Counted from the stretch's first letter, positions 19,580 to 28,891 are shown. The stretch: DNA of 64,000 nucleotides from Isoptericola halotolerans (GCF_013149785.1 NZ_JABEZU010000001.1:124001-188000); one strand, 5' to 3'. The notes: a model not told the origin generated them from the sequence alone. A program made the numbers and translations.

Positions 19580-20878
19580 TGTCTCGTCCCGAGTGCTGGA
19601 CGGCGGGGTGGCCGGTGGTGGGTCGAGGAGGTCGGGGTCGGGCTCCGGAGCGAGGGCCGCCCAGACCGCCATGGCGACCGGGACGATCGCGCTGGCCAGC
19701 AGCACCGGGGCGTAGGTGCCGACCTGGTCGAAGACCGCGGCGAAGAGCAGCGGGCCGCACGCGGTGCCTCCCACGCTGATGGAGGCGACGAGCCCGCGGA
19801 TCGAGCCGATGTGGCGTGTGCCGAAGTAGCGCGGCAGGGTCGCGGCCTCCACCGTGCGGATCGTGTTGGCGGCGATGCCGAGCAGCGCCCCGAAGACGAT
19901 CGCCCCCCAGCCCGGTGTCACCTGGGTGCCCCACGCCAGGGCGGCGGCCAGCGAGAGCATCGAGGCGACGGTCATCCAGCGCGGTGGGAACCGGTCGATG
20001 AGGTACCCGGTGGCCAGGGTGGCCAGCAGGCCGGCGACCGTCTGCGGGACGAAGTTCGCCGCTGCCTCGGCCGCGGTGAGGCCGCGGGCGGTGAGCAGGC
20101 TGATCTGGTGGAACGCGACGGCCGTGGTGAGCAGGCCGGAGACGGCGACCGCCCCGGCGATCAGCCAGAACGCCGGATGGCGGACGACCTGTGACCGGGT
20201 CAGGCCCCCGGGGCGCGGGGGAGCGCTCCCGTCGGCGGGCGGGGCGGCGCCGTCGGGGCGCTGGCCCAGTCGCTCGGGGCGGTCGCGCAGCGCGAACAGG
20301 GCCAGGGGCAGCACGACGGCCCACACGGCGAGCCCTTCGATCAGCCAGGCCGTGCGCCAGCCGTGCTGCGCGATCAGTCCCTCGAGAAGCAGCGGGGTCA
20401 GGGAGATGCCGACGGCGCCGACGGCGGAGACCATGCCCGTCGCCAGGCCGCGCCGACGGTCGAACCACAGGGCCACCACGGTCGTCGCGGTGAGGCCGAG
20501 CGCTCCCTGGCCGGCCATCCGGACACCGACGAACCCGGCGGTGAGGCCGACGATCGAGCTGACGACGGACAGGGCGACGAGGACGCCACCGAACACGAGG
20601 CCCACCACCGCCATGGTGCGCCGGACGCCGAAGCGGTCGACGGCCCGGCCGATCCACGGCAGGGCCACCGCTCCGGCGAGCGTGCCGATCAGGTAGGCGG
20701 TCGAGACCGCCGAGCGGGACATCCCGAGCTCGGCGATCAGCGGGTCGATGAACAGCGAGATACCGACGGTCTGCCCGGGGCCGGTCATGGCCAGGGCGAG
20801 CGCGGCGTACGCGGCGACGTGCCAGCCGTAGAACCCGCCCGGGGACAGCGGGCCCGGGCGGGTGGGACGTGATCTCAG
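19568..20878 (-). CDS. MFS transporter
   Basis: GPGQT, GRAVDRFGVRR (MFS motif A), about 12 TM segments; frame open upstream of ATG 20788 and encodes FYGW plus TM1, so the true start is probably CTG at 20878. Confidence 0.88.
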   Translation of the reverse strand: MRSRPTRPGPLSPGGFYGWHVAAYAALALAMTGPGQTVGISLFIDPLIAELGMSRSAVSTAYLIGTLAGAVALPWIGRAVDRFGVRRTMAVVGLVFGGVLVALSVVSSIVGLTAGFVGVRMAGQGALGLTATTVVALWFDRRRGLATGMVSAVGAVGISLTPLLLEGLIAQHGWRTAWLIEGLAVWAVVLPLALFALRDRPERLGQRPDGAAPPADGSAPPRPGGLTRSQVVRHPAFWLIAGAVAVSGLLTTAVAFHQISLLTARGLTAAEAAANFVPQTVAGLLATLATGYLIDRFPPRWMTVASMLSLAAALAWGTQVTPGWGAIVFGALLGIAANTIRTVEAATLPRYFGTRHIGSIRGLVASISVGGTACGPLLFAAVFDQVGTYAPVLLASAIVPVAMAVWAALAPEPDPDLLDPPPATPPSSTRDETNLP

Positions 20879-20894
20879 GAGGGCTCCGGGCGGG

Positions 20895-22490
20895 TCAGGC
20901 GTCGCCGCCGCCGACGAGCGGCACGAGGGCGACGTCCGGGTGGGAACGCTCGAAGGCGCGGGCGTGCCACACGTCGCGCAGCAGGGCGAGGCGTTCCCCG
21001 TCGCGACGACGGGCGACCTCCGCGCCCGTGTAGCTCGCCACGGCCGGGGCGTCGTCGGGCTCGATGTGGCGCGCGACCGACAGGGGGAGCGTCTCGAGGG
21101 TCATCGGGGCGGAGAACTCGTGCTCCATGCGGAAGCTCGCCACCTCGAACTGCAGCGGACCGACGGCGGCCAGCACCGGGCTGGCGTCTCCGCGCAGGTC
21201 GGAGACCAGCACCTGGACCACGCCCTCCTGCTCCAGCTGGGCCATGCCCTTGCGGAACTGCTTGGACTTTCCGGGGTCGGTGGCGCGGGCCACGGCGAAG
21301 TGCTCGGGCTCGAACGCCGGCATCGGGGGGAACCGCACGGCGGGCCCCTCGGGCTCGTACACCGTGTCGCCGACGGCGAGGGCGCCGGCGTTCACCAGCC
21401 CGACGACGTCGCCCGGGTAGGCGTCCTCGACCGTCGAGCGCTCCCGGCCGAAGACCGACAGCGCGTACTTGGTGGCGAACGGACGCTTCGTGCGCTCGTG
21501 GACCACCGTCATGCCGCGCTCGAACCGGCCGGAGCACACTCGCAGGTAGGCGACGTGGTCACGGTGCTTCGGGTCCATGCCGGCCTGCATCTTGAAGACG
21601 AACCCGCTGAAGGGGGCGTCGACCGGGCGTGCGCCGCCGTCGACGGTGGGCCGGGCGCCGGGGGCCGGCGCCAGGTCGACGACGGCGTCCAGGAGGCGTC
21701 GGACGCCGATGTTGGCCAGGGCCGCGCCGAAGAGCAGCGGGGTGCTCTCGCCGCTGGCGAACGTCTCGGGGTCGACGGCGTCGAGCAGCCCGGCGCCCTC
21801 GACCGCCTCGGTGTAGTCGGCCTCGAGCTCGGCGGCCGCCTGCTCCGCGTCGAGGGTGCGCTCCTCGGCGATCGTCGCGCCGCCGGGGGCGCGACGGTAG
21901 GTCGTCACGTGGTCGTCCTCGCGGTCCAGCAGGCCCACGAACCGGCCGGCCTCGCCCACGGGCCAGTTCACGGGGGTGGGCCGCAGGTCGATCCGTTCGA
22001 CCAGCTCGTCGCAGAGGTCCAGGACCTCGCGCCCGGGGCGGTCCCACTTGTTGACGAACGTGATGACGGGCACGCCGCGGCGCCGGCAGACCTCGAAGAG
22101 CTTGAGGGTCTGGGGCTCGAGGCCCTTGGCGGCGTCGAGCAGCATCACGGCGGCGTCGACGGCGGTGAGCACCCGGTAGGTGTCCTCCGAGAAGTCCGCG
22201 TGCCCGGGGGTGTCGAGCAGGTTGATCACCACGTCGCGGTACACGAACTGCAGCGCCGCGGAGGTGATCGAGATGCCGCGCTTCTGCTCCATCTCGAGCC
22301 AGTCGGAGACGACGCCGGCCCGGTTGCCCTTGCCGTGCACCGCCCCGGCCTGGTCGATGGCGTGGGCGTGCAGGGCCAGGGCCTCGGTGAGGGTCGACTT
22401 GCCGGCGTCGGGGTGGGAGATCACGGCGATGCTGCGACGGCGGGCGGCCTGCGTGGTGACCGAGGTGCTCTCGGAGGTCAGCGCGGTCAT
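20895..22490 (-). CDS. prfC: Peptide chain release factor 3
   Basis: ISHPDAGKSTLTE, SDWLEMEQKRGISITS, DTPGHADFSEDTYR, NKWD, FKMQAGMDPKHRD and VGPLQFEV. Confidence 0.96.
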   Translation of the reverse strand: MTALTSESTSVTTQAARRRSIAVISHPDAGKSTLTEALALHAHAIDQAGAVHGKGNRAGVVSDWLEMEQKRGISITSAALQFVYRDVVINLLDTPGHADFSEDTYRVLTAVDAAVMLLDAAKGLEPQTLKLFEVCRRRGVPVITFVNKWDRPGREVLDLCDELVERIDLRPTPVNWPVGEAGRFVGLLDREDDHVTTYRRAPGGATIAEERTLDAEQAAAELEADYTEAVEGAGLLDAVDPETFASGESTPLLFGAALANIGVRRLLDAVVDLAPAPGARPTVDGGARPVDAPFSGFVFKMQAGMDPKHRDHVAYLRVCSGRFERGMTVVHERTKRPFATKYALSVFGRERSTVEDAYPGDVVGLVNAGALAVGDTVYEPEGPAVRFPPMPAFEPEHFAVARATDPGKSKQFRKGMAQLEQEGVVQVLVSDLRGDASPVLAAVGPLQFEVASFRMEHEFSAPMTLETLPLSVARHIEPDDAPAVASYTGAEVARRRDGERLALLRDVWHARAFERSHPDVALVPLVGGGDA

Positions 22491-22900
22491 CGGGGCGTCA
22501 CCGCCCGGCGCTGGCTGCGGATCTCACGACGCAGGTCGGAGGCGAACTCCTCGGCGCTCTCCAGCCGCTCGCGCAGGCTCCGGCAGCGTTCCTCGGCGGC
22601 GGCCTCGAACATCGCGAGCCGTCCGAGGATCTCCTCGCGGCGGTCGGGCTCGAGGCCGTCCTGCTCGAGATCGTCGAGACCGGCGAGCAGCTCGCGCATC
22701 TCGTCGAGGGAGAAGTCCAGCGGCTTCATGCGCTTGACGAGCATGAGCCGGGCGATGTCCGACTCGGTGTAGAGACGGAAACCGCCGTGCGAGCGCGCGG
22801 ACGGGATGACGAGGCCGACCTCCTCGTAGTAGCGGATCGTGCGCAGCGAGAGACCGGTGCGCTCCGCCACCTCACCGATCTGCTTGTGGTTCAGGCCCAT
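22487..22900 (-). CDS. MerR family transcriptional regulator
   Basis: IGEVAERTGLSLRTIRYYEEVGL..P.ARS.GGFRLY; stop overlaps the prfC start (ATGA); RBS GGAGAG. Confidence 0.94.
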   Translation of the reverse strand: MGLNHKQIGEVAERTGLSLRTIRYYEEVGLVIPSARSHGGFRLYTESDIARLMLVKRMKPLDFSLDEMRELLAGLDDLEQDGLEPDRREEILGRLAMFEAAAEERCRSLRERLESAEEFASDLRREIRSQRRAVTPR

Positions 22901-22916
22901 GACTCTCCGTTCGACC

Positions 22917-22942
22917 GGTCTACCCTACCGCCGCGGGAGGGT
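22917..22942 (-). promoter_or_regulatory. Candidate MerR autoregulatory operator
   Basis: Minus strand ACCCTCCCGCGGCGGTAGGGTAGACC, sharing CCT.CC..G.CG.TAGGGTAGA with the sulP site. Confidence 0.55.
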
Positions 22943-22993
22943 GTGGAGGTCCGCCGGCAGCGCCCCTGTCGGTCCGCCGCCTAAGGTGTGGGC

Positions 22994-23659
22994 GTGCCCC
23001 CGCGCCTGAGACAGCCCTCCCGCCCCGTCGTGGACCCCGTCGTCCTGGACGACCTGAGACCGGGGGCGGCGTCGGACCTCGTCCCGGGCGCCGACCTCGA
23101 CGGCGTCGAGCTCACCGACGTCCGGCTCGACCGGGTGGAGCTGCGCGGCGCCCGGGCCGACGGCTCACGCCTCGACGGGTTGCGTGCCCCCGAGGCCGAC
23201 CTGCGCCACCTCGCCCTCACCGAGGTGGTGCTGTCGCGGGTGGACGTCCCCGTCGTGCAGGGCGTGCGGACCCGGTGGCGCGACGTCGAGGTGCACGACG
23301 CCCGCATCGGCTCGGCGGAGCTGTACGAGTCGGCGTGGCAGTCCGTCCGGTTCGTCGGCTGCAAGCTGGGCTTCGTGAACCTGCGCGGCGCCACCCTGCG
23401 GGACGTCGTGCTCACCGACTGCGTCGTCGACGAGCTGGACCTCGTGCAGGCGCAGGCCACCCGGGTCTCCTTCGAGGGCACCCGGGTGCGCCGCCTCGAC
23501 GTGCAGGCCTCCAGCCTGCAGGACGTGGACCTGCGGGGCGCGGAGCTCACCGAGCTGGTCGGGACGGACGCCCTGCGCGGCAGCACGATCACCCCGGCGC
23601 AGCTCGGGCAGCTCGCCCCGGCCCTCGCCGCCAACCTGGGGATCGACGTTGTCGACTGA
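22994..23659 (+). CDS. Pentapeptide repeat protein
   Basis: Repeats such as VNLRG-ATLRD-VVLTD and VDLRG-AELTE; C-terminal LAPALA..LGI.V; TAAGGT -10 six nt before GTG. Confidence 0.88.
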   Translation: MPPRLRQPSRPVVDPVVLDDLRPGAASDLVPGADLDGVELTDVRLDRVELRGARADGSRLDGLRAPEADLRHLALTEVVLSRVDVPVVQGVRTRWRDVEVHDARIGSAELYESAWQSVRFVGCKLGFVNLRGATLRDVVLTDCVVDELDLVQAQATRVSFEGTRVRRLDVQASSLQDVDLRGAELTELVGTDALRGSTITPAQLGQLAPALAANLGIDVVD

Positions 23660-24689
23660 GCCGAAGGCGCAGCGGAGGGTGGGGGCCGAGGAACGAGGCG
23701 CACGCCCGGAGCGGAGACGCAGGTTCAGGCGACAGGGCTCGACCGACCGCCGGCGCCCCGCCCTGCGCACCGTGGCCGTCCGGGTCGTCGCGGTGGCCGC
23801 GCTCCTGGTGGTGGCGTGGGCCGCCCTGACCGCGTGGGGCGCCGTCGTGCAGGGGAACCCGGCGTACGCGGTGCTGCTCGGCGGGACCGCCCTGGTGAGC
23901 CTCGCCGTCCTGTGGCGGTCGCGGCGGCCGGCCGCGCCGCGCCGGGGGTGGCGAGGCGCCGGCGGGATCGTCCTGGTCGTCGCGGCCGCCGTCTGGATCG
24001 GTGTCCTCGGGTGGCTGCGACCCTTCACGGCGGTGGAGCCGGCGCTGGCGGCGATGCGTTCCGACGACGCGGTCACGGTGACCGAGACGGCCACGCGGGT
24101 CGTCCTCGCCCCGGCCGGGGAGGCGTCCGGCACCGCGGTGTTCTTCCAGCCCGGCGCGCGGGTCGACCCGCGCGCCTACGCCGCGGTCCTGCGCCCCCTG
24201 GCCGAGGCCGGCCACCCCGTCGTCGTCGCCAAGCAGCCGCTCGGGATCGGCTTCCTCGCGCTCGGGGCGTTCGACGCGGCCCGGGGCGCGCACCCCGAGG
24301 TCGAGCAGTGGGTCGTGGGCGGGCACTCCCTCGGCGGCACGGTCGCCGCTATCCAGGCGGACGACGCCGACGACGCCGCGACCGCCCCCGCCGTCGGGCT
24401 GCTGCTCTACGCCTCGTACCCCGCGGACGACGTCAGCCGCTCGCTCACCGCCACGGTGGCGTCCGTCTCCGGCACCCGGGACAGGCTGGCGACGCCGGCC
24501 GACATCGAGGCCTCCCGGGCAGACCTGCCGCCCGGCACCGACTTCACGGTCGTGGAGGGCGCCTCGCACGCCCAGTTCGGCGACTACGGTCCGCAGCCGG
24601 GAGACGGCGTCGCCACGATCTCGGACGACGACGCCCGCGCGCAGATCACCGCGGCCAGCCTGCGGTTCCTGGCCGGGCTCACGCCCTGA
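23649..24689 (+). CDS. Membrane-anchored alpha/beta hydrolase (Abhydrolase_5-like)
   Basis: FQPGARVDPRAY, GGHSLGG nucleophile elbow, GASHAQFGDYGPQPGD; three N-terminal TM segments; start uncertain (may be about 23772). Confidence 0.82.
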   Translation: MSTEPKAQRRVGAEERGARPERRRRFRRQGSTDRRRPALRTVAVRVVAVAALLVVAWAALTAWGAVVQGNPAYAVLLGGTALVSLAVLWRSRRPAAPRRGWRGAGGIVLVVAAAVWIGVLGWLRPFTAVEPALAAMRSDDAVTVTETATRVVLAPAGEASGTAVFFQPGARVDPRAYAAVLRPLAEAGHPVVVAKQPLGIGFLALGAFDAARGAHPEVEQWVVGGHSLGGTVAAIQADDADDAATAPAVGLLLYASYPADDVSRSLTATVASVSGTRDRLATPADIEASRADLPPGTDFTVVEGASHAQFGDYGPQPGDGVATISDDDARAQITAASLRFLAGLTP

Positions 24690-24764
24690 TCTCACCCGCT
24701 GCGGGGCCGGTCCGGAACGCGGTCCTGTCTATCGGTCGGGCGTCGGCTCGGCTACCGTCGGACC

Positions 24765-25442
24765 GTGCAGCTGCTGGTCGTGGAGGACAACGAGCACGTC
24801 GCCGGTGCGCTCGTCTCCGTGCTGAGCAAGCACGGGTACGAGGTGATCCGGGCGGGTGACGGTGCGAGCGCGCTCGACGCCCTGAGCCCGCGCACCGACC
24901 TCGTGCTGCTCGACCTCGCCCTGCCGGACATGGACGGGTTCGAGGTCTGCCAGCGGATCCGCAAGGTCTCGGACACCCCGATCATCATGGTCACGGCCCG
25001 CACGCAGCTCGAGTCGCGGGTGCGCGGGCTGGAGCTCGGCGCCGACGACTACGTCACCAAGCCCTACGACATCCGCGAGGTGCTGGCCCGGATCGACGCG
25101 GTGCTGCGCCGGGGCAGGTCGCGCGAGTGGGACGGCAGGGCCGACGTCGCGCGCATCGACGTGGGGGAGGTCCAGGTGGACCTCGCGGCCCGGGTGGTCC
25201 GGCGCACCGGGGGGTCCGTCGTCTCCCTGACCCGCAAGGAGTACGACCTCCTGGCCCTGCTGGTGCGGCACCGGGGTACCGTCCTGGCGCGCGAGCGCAT
25301 CCTGCGGGAGGTGTGGGGCTCGAGCTGGAAGGGGCTCGGCCGCACCCTCGAGGTCCACGTCGCCTCCCTGCGTCGCAAGCTCGGTGAGCCGCCCGTCGTC
25401 GAGACGGTCCGTGGCGTCGGGTACCGCGTCGGGCAGCAGTGA
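24765..25442 (+). CDS. OmpR-family response regulator
   Basis: LVVED, LLDLALPDMDG, GADDYVTKP, LTRKEYDLL and ETVRGVGY. Confidence 0.95.
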   Translation: MQLLVVEDNEHVAGALVSVLSKHGYEVIRAGDGASALDALSPRTDLVLLDLALPDMDGFEVCQRIRKVSDTPIIMVTARTQLESRVRGLELGADDYVTKPYDIREVLARIDAVLRRGRSREWDGRADVARIDVGEVQVDLAARVVRRTGGSVVSLTRKEYDLLALLVRHRGTVLARERILREVWGSSWKGLGRTLEVHVASLRRKLGEPPVVETVRGVGYRVGQQ

Positions 25443-25443
25443 G

Positions 25444-26802
25444 ATGCGCGGGCGCCTCGCTGCCATCGTGTACGTCCCGCTCGTCCTGGTGATCGTGGTC
25501 CTCGGCGCGGTCTCGGCGGGAAGCATCACGCGGGCGCACCAGCAGGAGGTCCTCCTGGAGCGGCTGCGTGACGTGACCTATCTGGTGCTCCCCGCCCGGC
25601 AGGCCGTCCTCGCGGACGACCCGTCGCTGGTGGCCGGCGACCTGCAGCGCTACCGGGAGGTCTACGGGATCGGCGCGGCGGTCGTGGACCAGGCGGGCTC
25701 CACGCTCGTGGCCGAGGGACTCGACGTGGAGGACTACGACGAGCGGCACGCGGCGCTCGCCGGGCGGCGCGCCGAGATGCGCGAGGCGTTCTGGCCCTGG
25801 GACGCTCAGAGGATCGTGGTCGCCGAGCCGCTGTTCGACGGGGGAGACGTGGTGGGGGCGCTCGTGACGTCCTCGGACGCCGCGGGCGTGCAGCGGGCGA
25901 TCTGGACCAGCTGGGCGCTGCTCGGCACGGGCGGTGTGGTGATCGCGCTGCTGGCCCTGGTGCTGGCCGACCGGACGGCGGGCTGGTTGCTGCGGCCGGT
26001 CCGTGCCGTCGACCAGGCGATGGAGAAGATGGGCGGGGGGCGCCTGGACGAACGCATCCCGCCGTCGACGGGCCCGCCGGAGCTGCGGCAGGTGGTGAGC
26101 CGCTTCAACGAGATGGCCGAGCAGGTGGAGCACCTGATGCGCCGCCAGCAGGAGTTCGTGGCGAACGCCTCCCACGAGCTGCGCAACCCGCTCAACGCGC
26201 TGATGCTGCGCATCGAGTCGCTCGCCCTCACCGTCCCGCCCGAGGAGGCCGAGGAGGTGGCCCACGTGCGGGCCGAGGCCGAGCGCATGGCGCAGATCCT
26301 CGACGCGCTGCTCCTGCTCGCGGACGGCGGCACCATGGGCGCCGCCCAGCCGGTCGACGTGGCCGAGGTGGTCGCACGGAGGGTGGAGGGGCGGCGGCTG
26401 CTCGACCCCGACCGGGAGATCCGGCTCACGGTGCCCGGCGGCGAGGTGCTCGGGCACGTCACGCCGACCGCGTTGGAGAGCGCGTTCGACACGGTCGTCG
26501 ACAACGCGCTGAAGTTCGCCCCGGCCTCCGAGCCGGTGGACGTGGCGGTGGTCCGTGACGCCGGGATCGTGGAGGTGGTGGTGCGCGACCGGGGGCCCGG
26601 CGTCCCGGCCGACCAGCTCGAGCGTCTCACCGAACGCTTCTGGCGCAGCCCGGGGCACAGCTCGGTACGGGGTTCGGGTCTCGGGCTCGCCATCGCGTCC
26701 GAGCTGCTCTCCGCGGCCGGGGGCGGCTTGCGGGCGGACCTGCCCGACGGCGGGGGCCTGCGCGTGTTCCTGGGCGTCCCGGCCGGGCAGGACCAGCCAT
26801 GA
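25444..26802 (+). CDS. HAMP-domain sensor histidine kinase
   Basis: Two TM segments, HAMP, ASHELRNPL H-box, DNALKF, DRGPG and GSGLGLAI. Confidence 0.94.
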   Translation: MRGRLAAIVYVPLVLVIVVLGAVSAGSITRAHQQEVLLERLRDVTYLVLPARQAVLADDPSLVAGDLQRYREVYGIGAAVVDQAGSTLVAEGLDVEDYDERHAALAGRRAEMREAFWPWDAQRIVVAEPLFDGGDVVGALVTSSDAAGVQRAIWTSWALLGTGGVVIALLALVLADRTAGWLLRPVRAVDQAMEKMGGGRLDERIPPSTGPPELRQVVSRFNEMAEQVEHLMRRQQEFVANASHELRNPLNALMLRIESLALTVPPEEAEEVAHVRAEAERMAQILDALLLLADGGTMGAAQPVDVAEVVARRVEGRRLLDPDREIRLTVPGGEVLGHVTPTALESAFDTVVDNALKFAPASEPVDVAVVRDAGIVEVVVRDRGPGVPADQLERLTERFWRSPGHSSVRGSGLGLAIASELLSAAGGGLRADLPDGGGLRVFLGVPAGQDQP

Positions 26803-27770
26803 GCCGGGTGGGTGCAGCGGCCGTGTCGCTCCTGGTCGCGGTCGCGCTGCTCGCGGGGTGTGTCGGCAACCAGCCCTGGGAGCCGGACCCCTGGCAGGGC
26901 GAACGTCCGGACCGGCTGACGATCGCCACCGGCGGCACCAGCGGGATCTACCACGGCTATGGCCAGGAGCTCGCCGAGGTGCTGACCGAGCGGTACGGCA
27001 TCGAGACGGAGGTTCTCGCCACCGGCGGCTCGGTGGACAACCTGCAGCTGCTCGCCGCTGGCGAGGCGGACGTGGCGTTCAGCGCGGCGGACGCGGTGGC
27101 GGACGCCGTCGACGGCGAGGGTGACTTCGACGTACCGGTCGAGGTGCACGCGCTCGCTCGGGTCTACGACGACTTCGCCCACCTGGTGGTACCCGCCGAC
27201 TCCGACGTGGAGGAGCTGGCGGACCTGCGCGGCCTGCGGGTGTCGGTCGGGGCGCCGCGCTCGGGCACGTCGCTCATCGCGGGACGGGTGCTGAAGGCCG
27301 CGGGCGTCCCGATGAGCGACCTGCGGGTCGCGGAGCTCGGCATCACCGAGTCGGTCGACGCGCTGCGCGGGGGAAGCCTCGACGCGGTGTTCTGGTCGGG
27401 CGGCCTGAAGACCCCGGGCCTCGTCGAGCTGTCCGCCGAGGTGCCGCTGCGACTGGTTCCCCTCGACGTCGTCGTCGACCAGCTCCGTCGGGAGCACGGG
27501 CCCGGCTACCGCCACGGGGTCGTGCCCCAGGGCGTCTACGGGGTCACCGCGGACGTGGGGACGCTGGCCGTCCCCAACATCCTCGTGGCGGGCCCGGGTC
27601 TGCCGGATGCCGTCGCGCAGGGTCTGGTGGCGACGTTGTTCGACGCGCGCACGGAGATCGCGGCCCAGGTGCCCTCGGCGGCGTTGCTGGACCGGTCGCG
27701 GGCCATCTACACCGACCCGGCAGAGCTGCAGCCCGGTGCCCTGCGGTACTACCGGGCGGTCAAGCCGTGA
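26799..27770 (+). CDS. TAXI family TRAP solute-binding lipoprotein
   Basis: Lipobox [38 protein letters not shown] and GALRYY; ATGA overlap with the kinase. Confidence 0.9.
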   Translation: MSRVGAAAVSLLVAVALLAGCVGNQPWEPDPWQGERPDRLTIATGGTSGIYHGYGQELAEVLTERYGIETEVLATGGSVDNLQLLAAGEADVAFSAADAVADAVDGEGDFDVPVEVHALARVYDDFAHLVVPADSDVEELADLRGLRVSVGAPRSGTSLIAGRVLKAAGVPMSDLRVAELGITESVDALRGGSLDAVFWSGGLKTPGLVELSAEVPLRLVPLDVVVDQLRREHGPGYRHGVVPQGVYGVTADVGTLAVPNILVAGPGLPDAVAQGLVATLFDARTEIAAQVPSAALLDRSRAIYTDPAELQPGALRYYRAVKP

Positions 27771-28891
27771 CGGGTGGCGGGCATCAGCGGGGAGACCGCG
27801 GCGGACAGGGGCGGCACCAGCCGTAGCCGGTGCCCGACGCCGCCGCGCCACGGGGTCTCCGGGGTGAGGGTCGAGGGGTAGCCGCGCGGGTGCTGCTCCT
27901 GCCAGCGCCAGTGGTCGCGGCAGATCTCCGCGAGGTCGCGCGTGGCCGTCCAGCCCAGGGAGGCCGTGGTGCGCTCGGTGTCGGCGACCGCCCCCGCCGT
28001 CGTCCCCGGGGGTGCGGGCCGCCGGCGGTGCGGCACGCAGTGGCCGGTGACCTCCTGGAACGTCGACAGCACGTCGAGGACGCTGGTGGCCTGCCCGGTG
28101 CCGAGGTTCCAGGCCTGCACCGCCCGACCTGACGGCTCGTCGAGGGACGCCAGGGCGGCGACGTGCCCGGCAGCCACGTCCGTGACGTGCACGTAGTCCC
28201 GGACGGCGGTGCCGTCCGGGGTGCCGAGCCCGTCGAAGACCTCCAGGTGCTCACGGCGCCCGAGGGCCACGTCGCCGATCCGTGTCAGCAGGCTGGGCGG
28301 AGCCCCGGTGCGGTCCTCCCCGAGCCGTCCGGAGGAGTGCGCGCCGACGGTGGTGAAGCAGCGCACGACGGCGGCACGCAGGGCGGCGCCGGCGCCGGCC
28401 ACGTCCTGCAGGACGTGCTCGCCGGTCGCCAGGGTGCGGCCGAGGGGAGAGGCGGGGGCGAGGGCGCGGTCCTCGGTCAGCCGGGTGCCGGCGTCGTCGA
28501 CGGTGCCGTAGACGGCGGCGGTGGAGGACAGCACGAGGCGGCCGACGCCGTACCAGGTCATGCAGCGCAGCAGCGTGAACAGGGTGGTCAGGTTGGTCTC
28601 GTAGGCGTCGAGGGGCCGGTGGACGCTCTCGGTGGCCGAGCGCAGCCCGGCCAGGTGGACGACCGCGTCGACGTCCGAGCAGGCGAAGACCCGCTCCATC
28701 GCGTCGATGTCGGCCACGTCGGCGGTGTGCGTGCCCACCCGCCGGCCGGAGGTGATCTCGGCGCGGGCGAGGGAGGCAGGCGTGCCGCGCGAGAAGTCGT
28801 CGACGACGTCGACCTCGTGGCCCGACTCGAGCAGGGCCAGCACGACGTGGGAACCGAGGTAGCCGGCACCACCGGTGACCAGGACCCGCAT
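27749..28891 (-). CDS. GalE-like NAD-dependent epimerase family protein, catalytic YxxxK absent
   Basis: VLVTGGAGYLGSH, HLAG, GESV-like, SSTAAVYG, DGTAVRDYVHV and NLGTG; SPLGRTL at the position of (S/N)PYGxxK. Confidence 0.85.
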   Translation of the reverse strand: MRVLVTGGAGYLGSHVVLALLESGHEVDVVDDFSRGTPASLARAEITSGRRVGTHTADVADIDAMERVFACSDVDAVVHLAGLRSATESVHRPLDAYETNLTTLFTLLRCMTWYGVGRLVLSSTAAVYGTVDDAGTRLTEDRALAPASPLGRTLATGEHVLQDVAGAGAALRAAVVRCFTTVGAHSSGRLGEDRTGAPPSLLTRIGDVALGRREHLEVFDGLGTPDGTAVRDYVHVTDVAAGHVAALASLDEPSGRAVQAWNLGTGQATSVLDVLSTFQEVTGHCVPHRRRPAPPGTTAGAVADTERTTASLGWTATRDLAEICRDHWRWQEQHPRGYPSTLTPETPWRGGVGHRLRLVPPLSAAVSPLMPATRHGLTAR

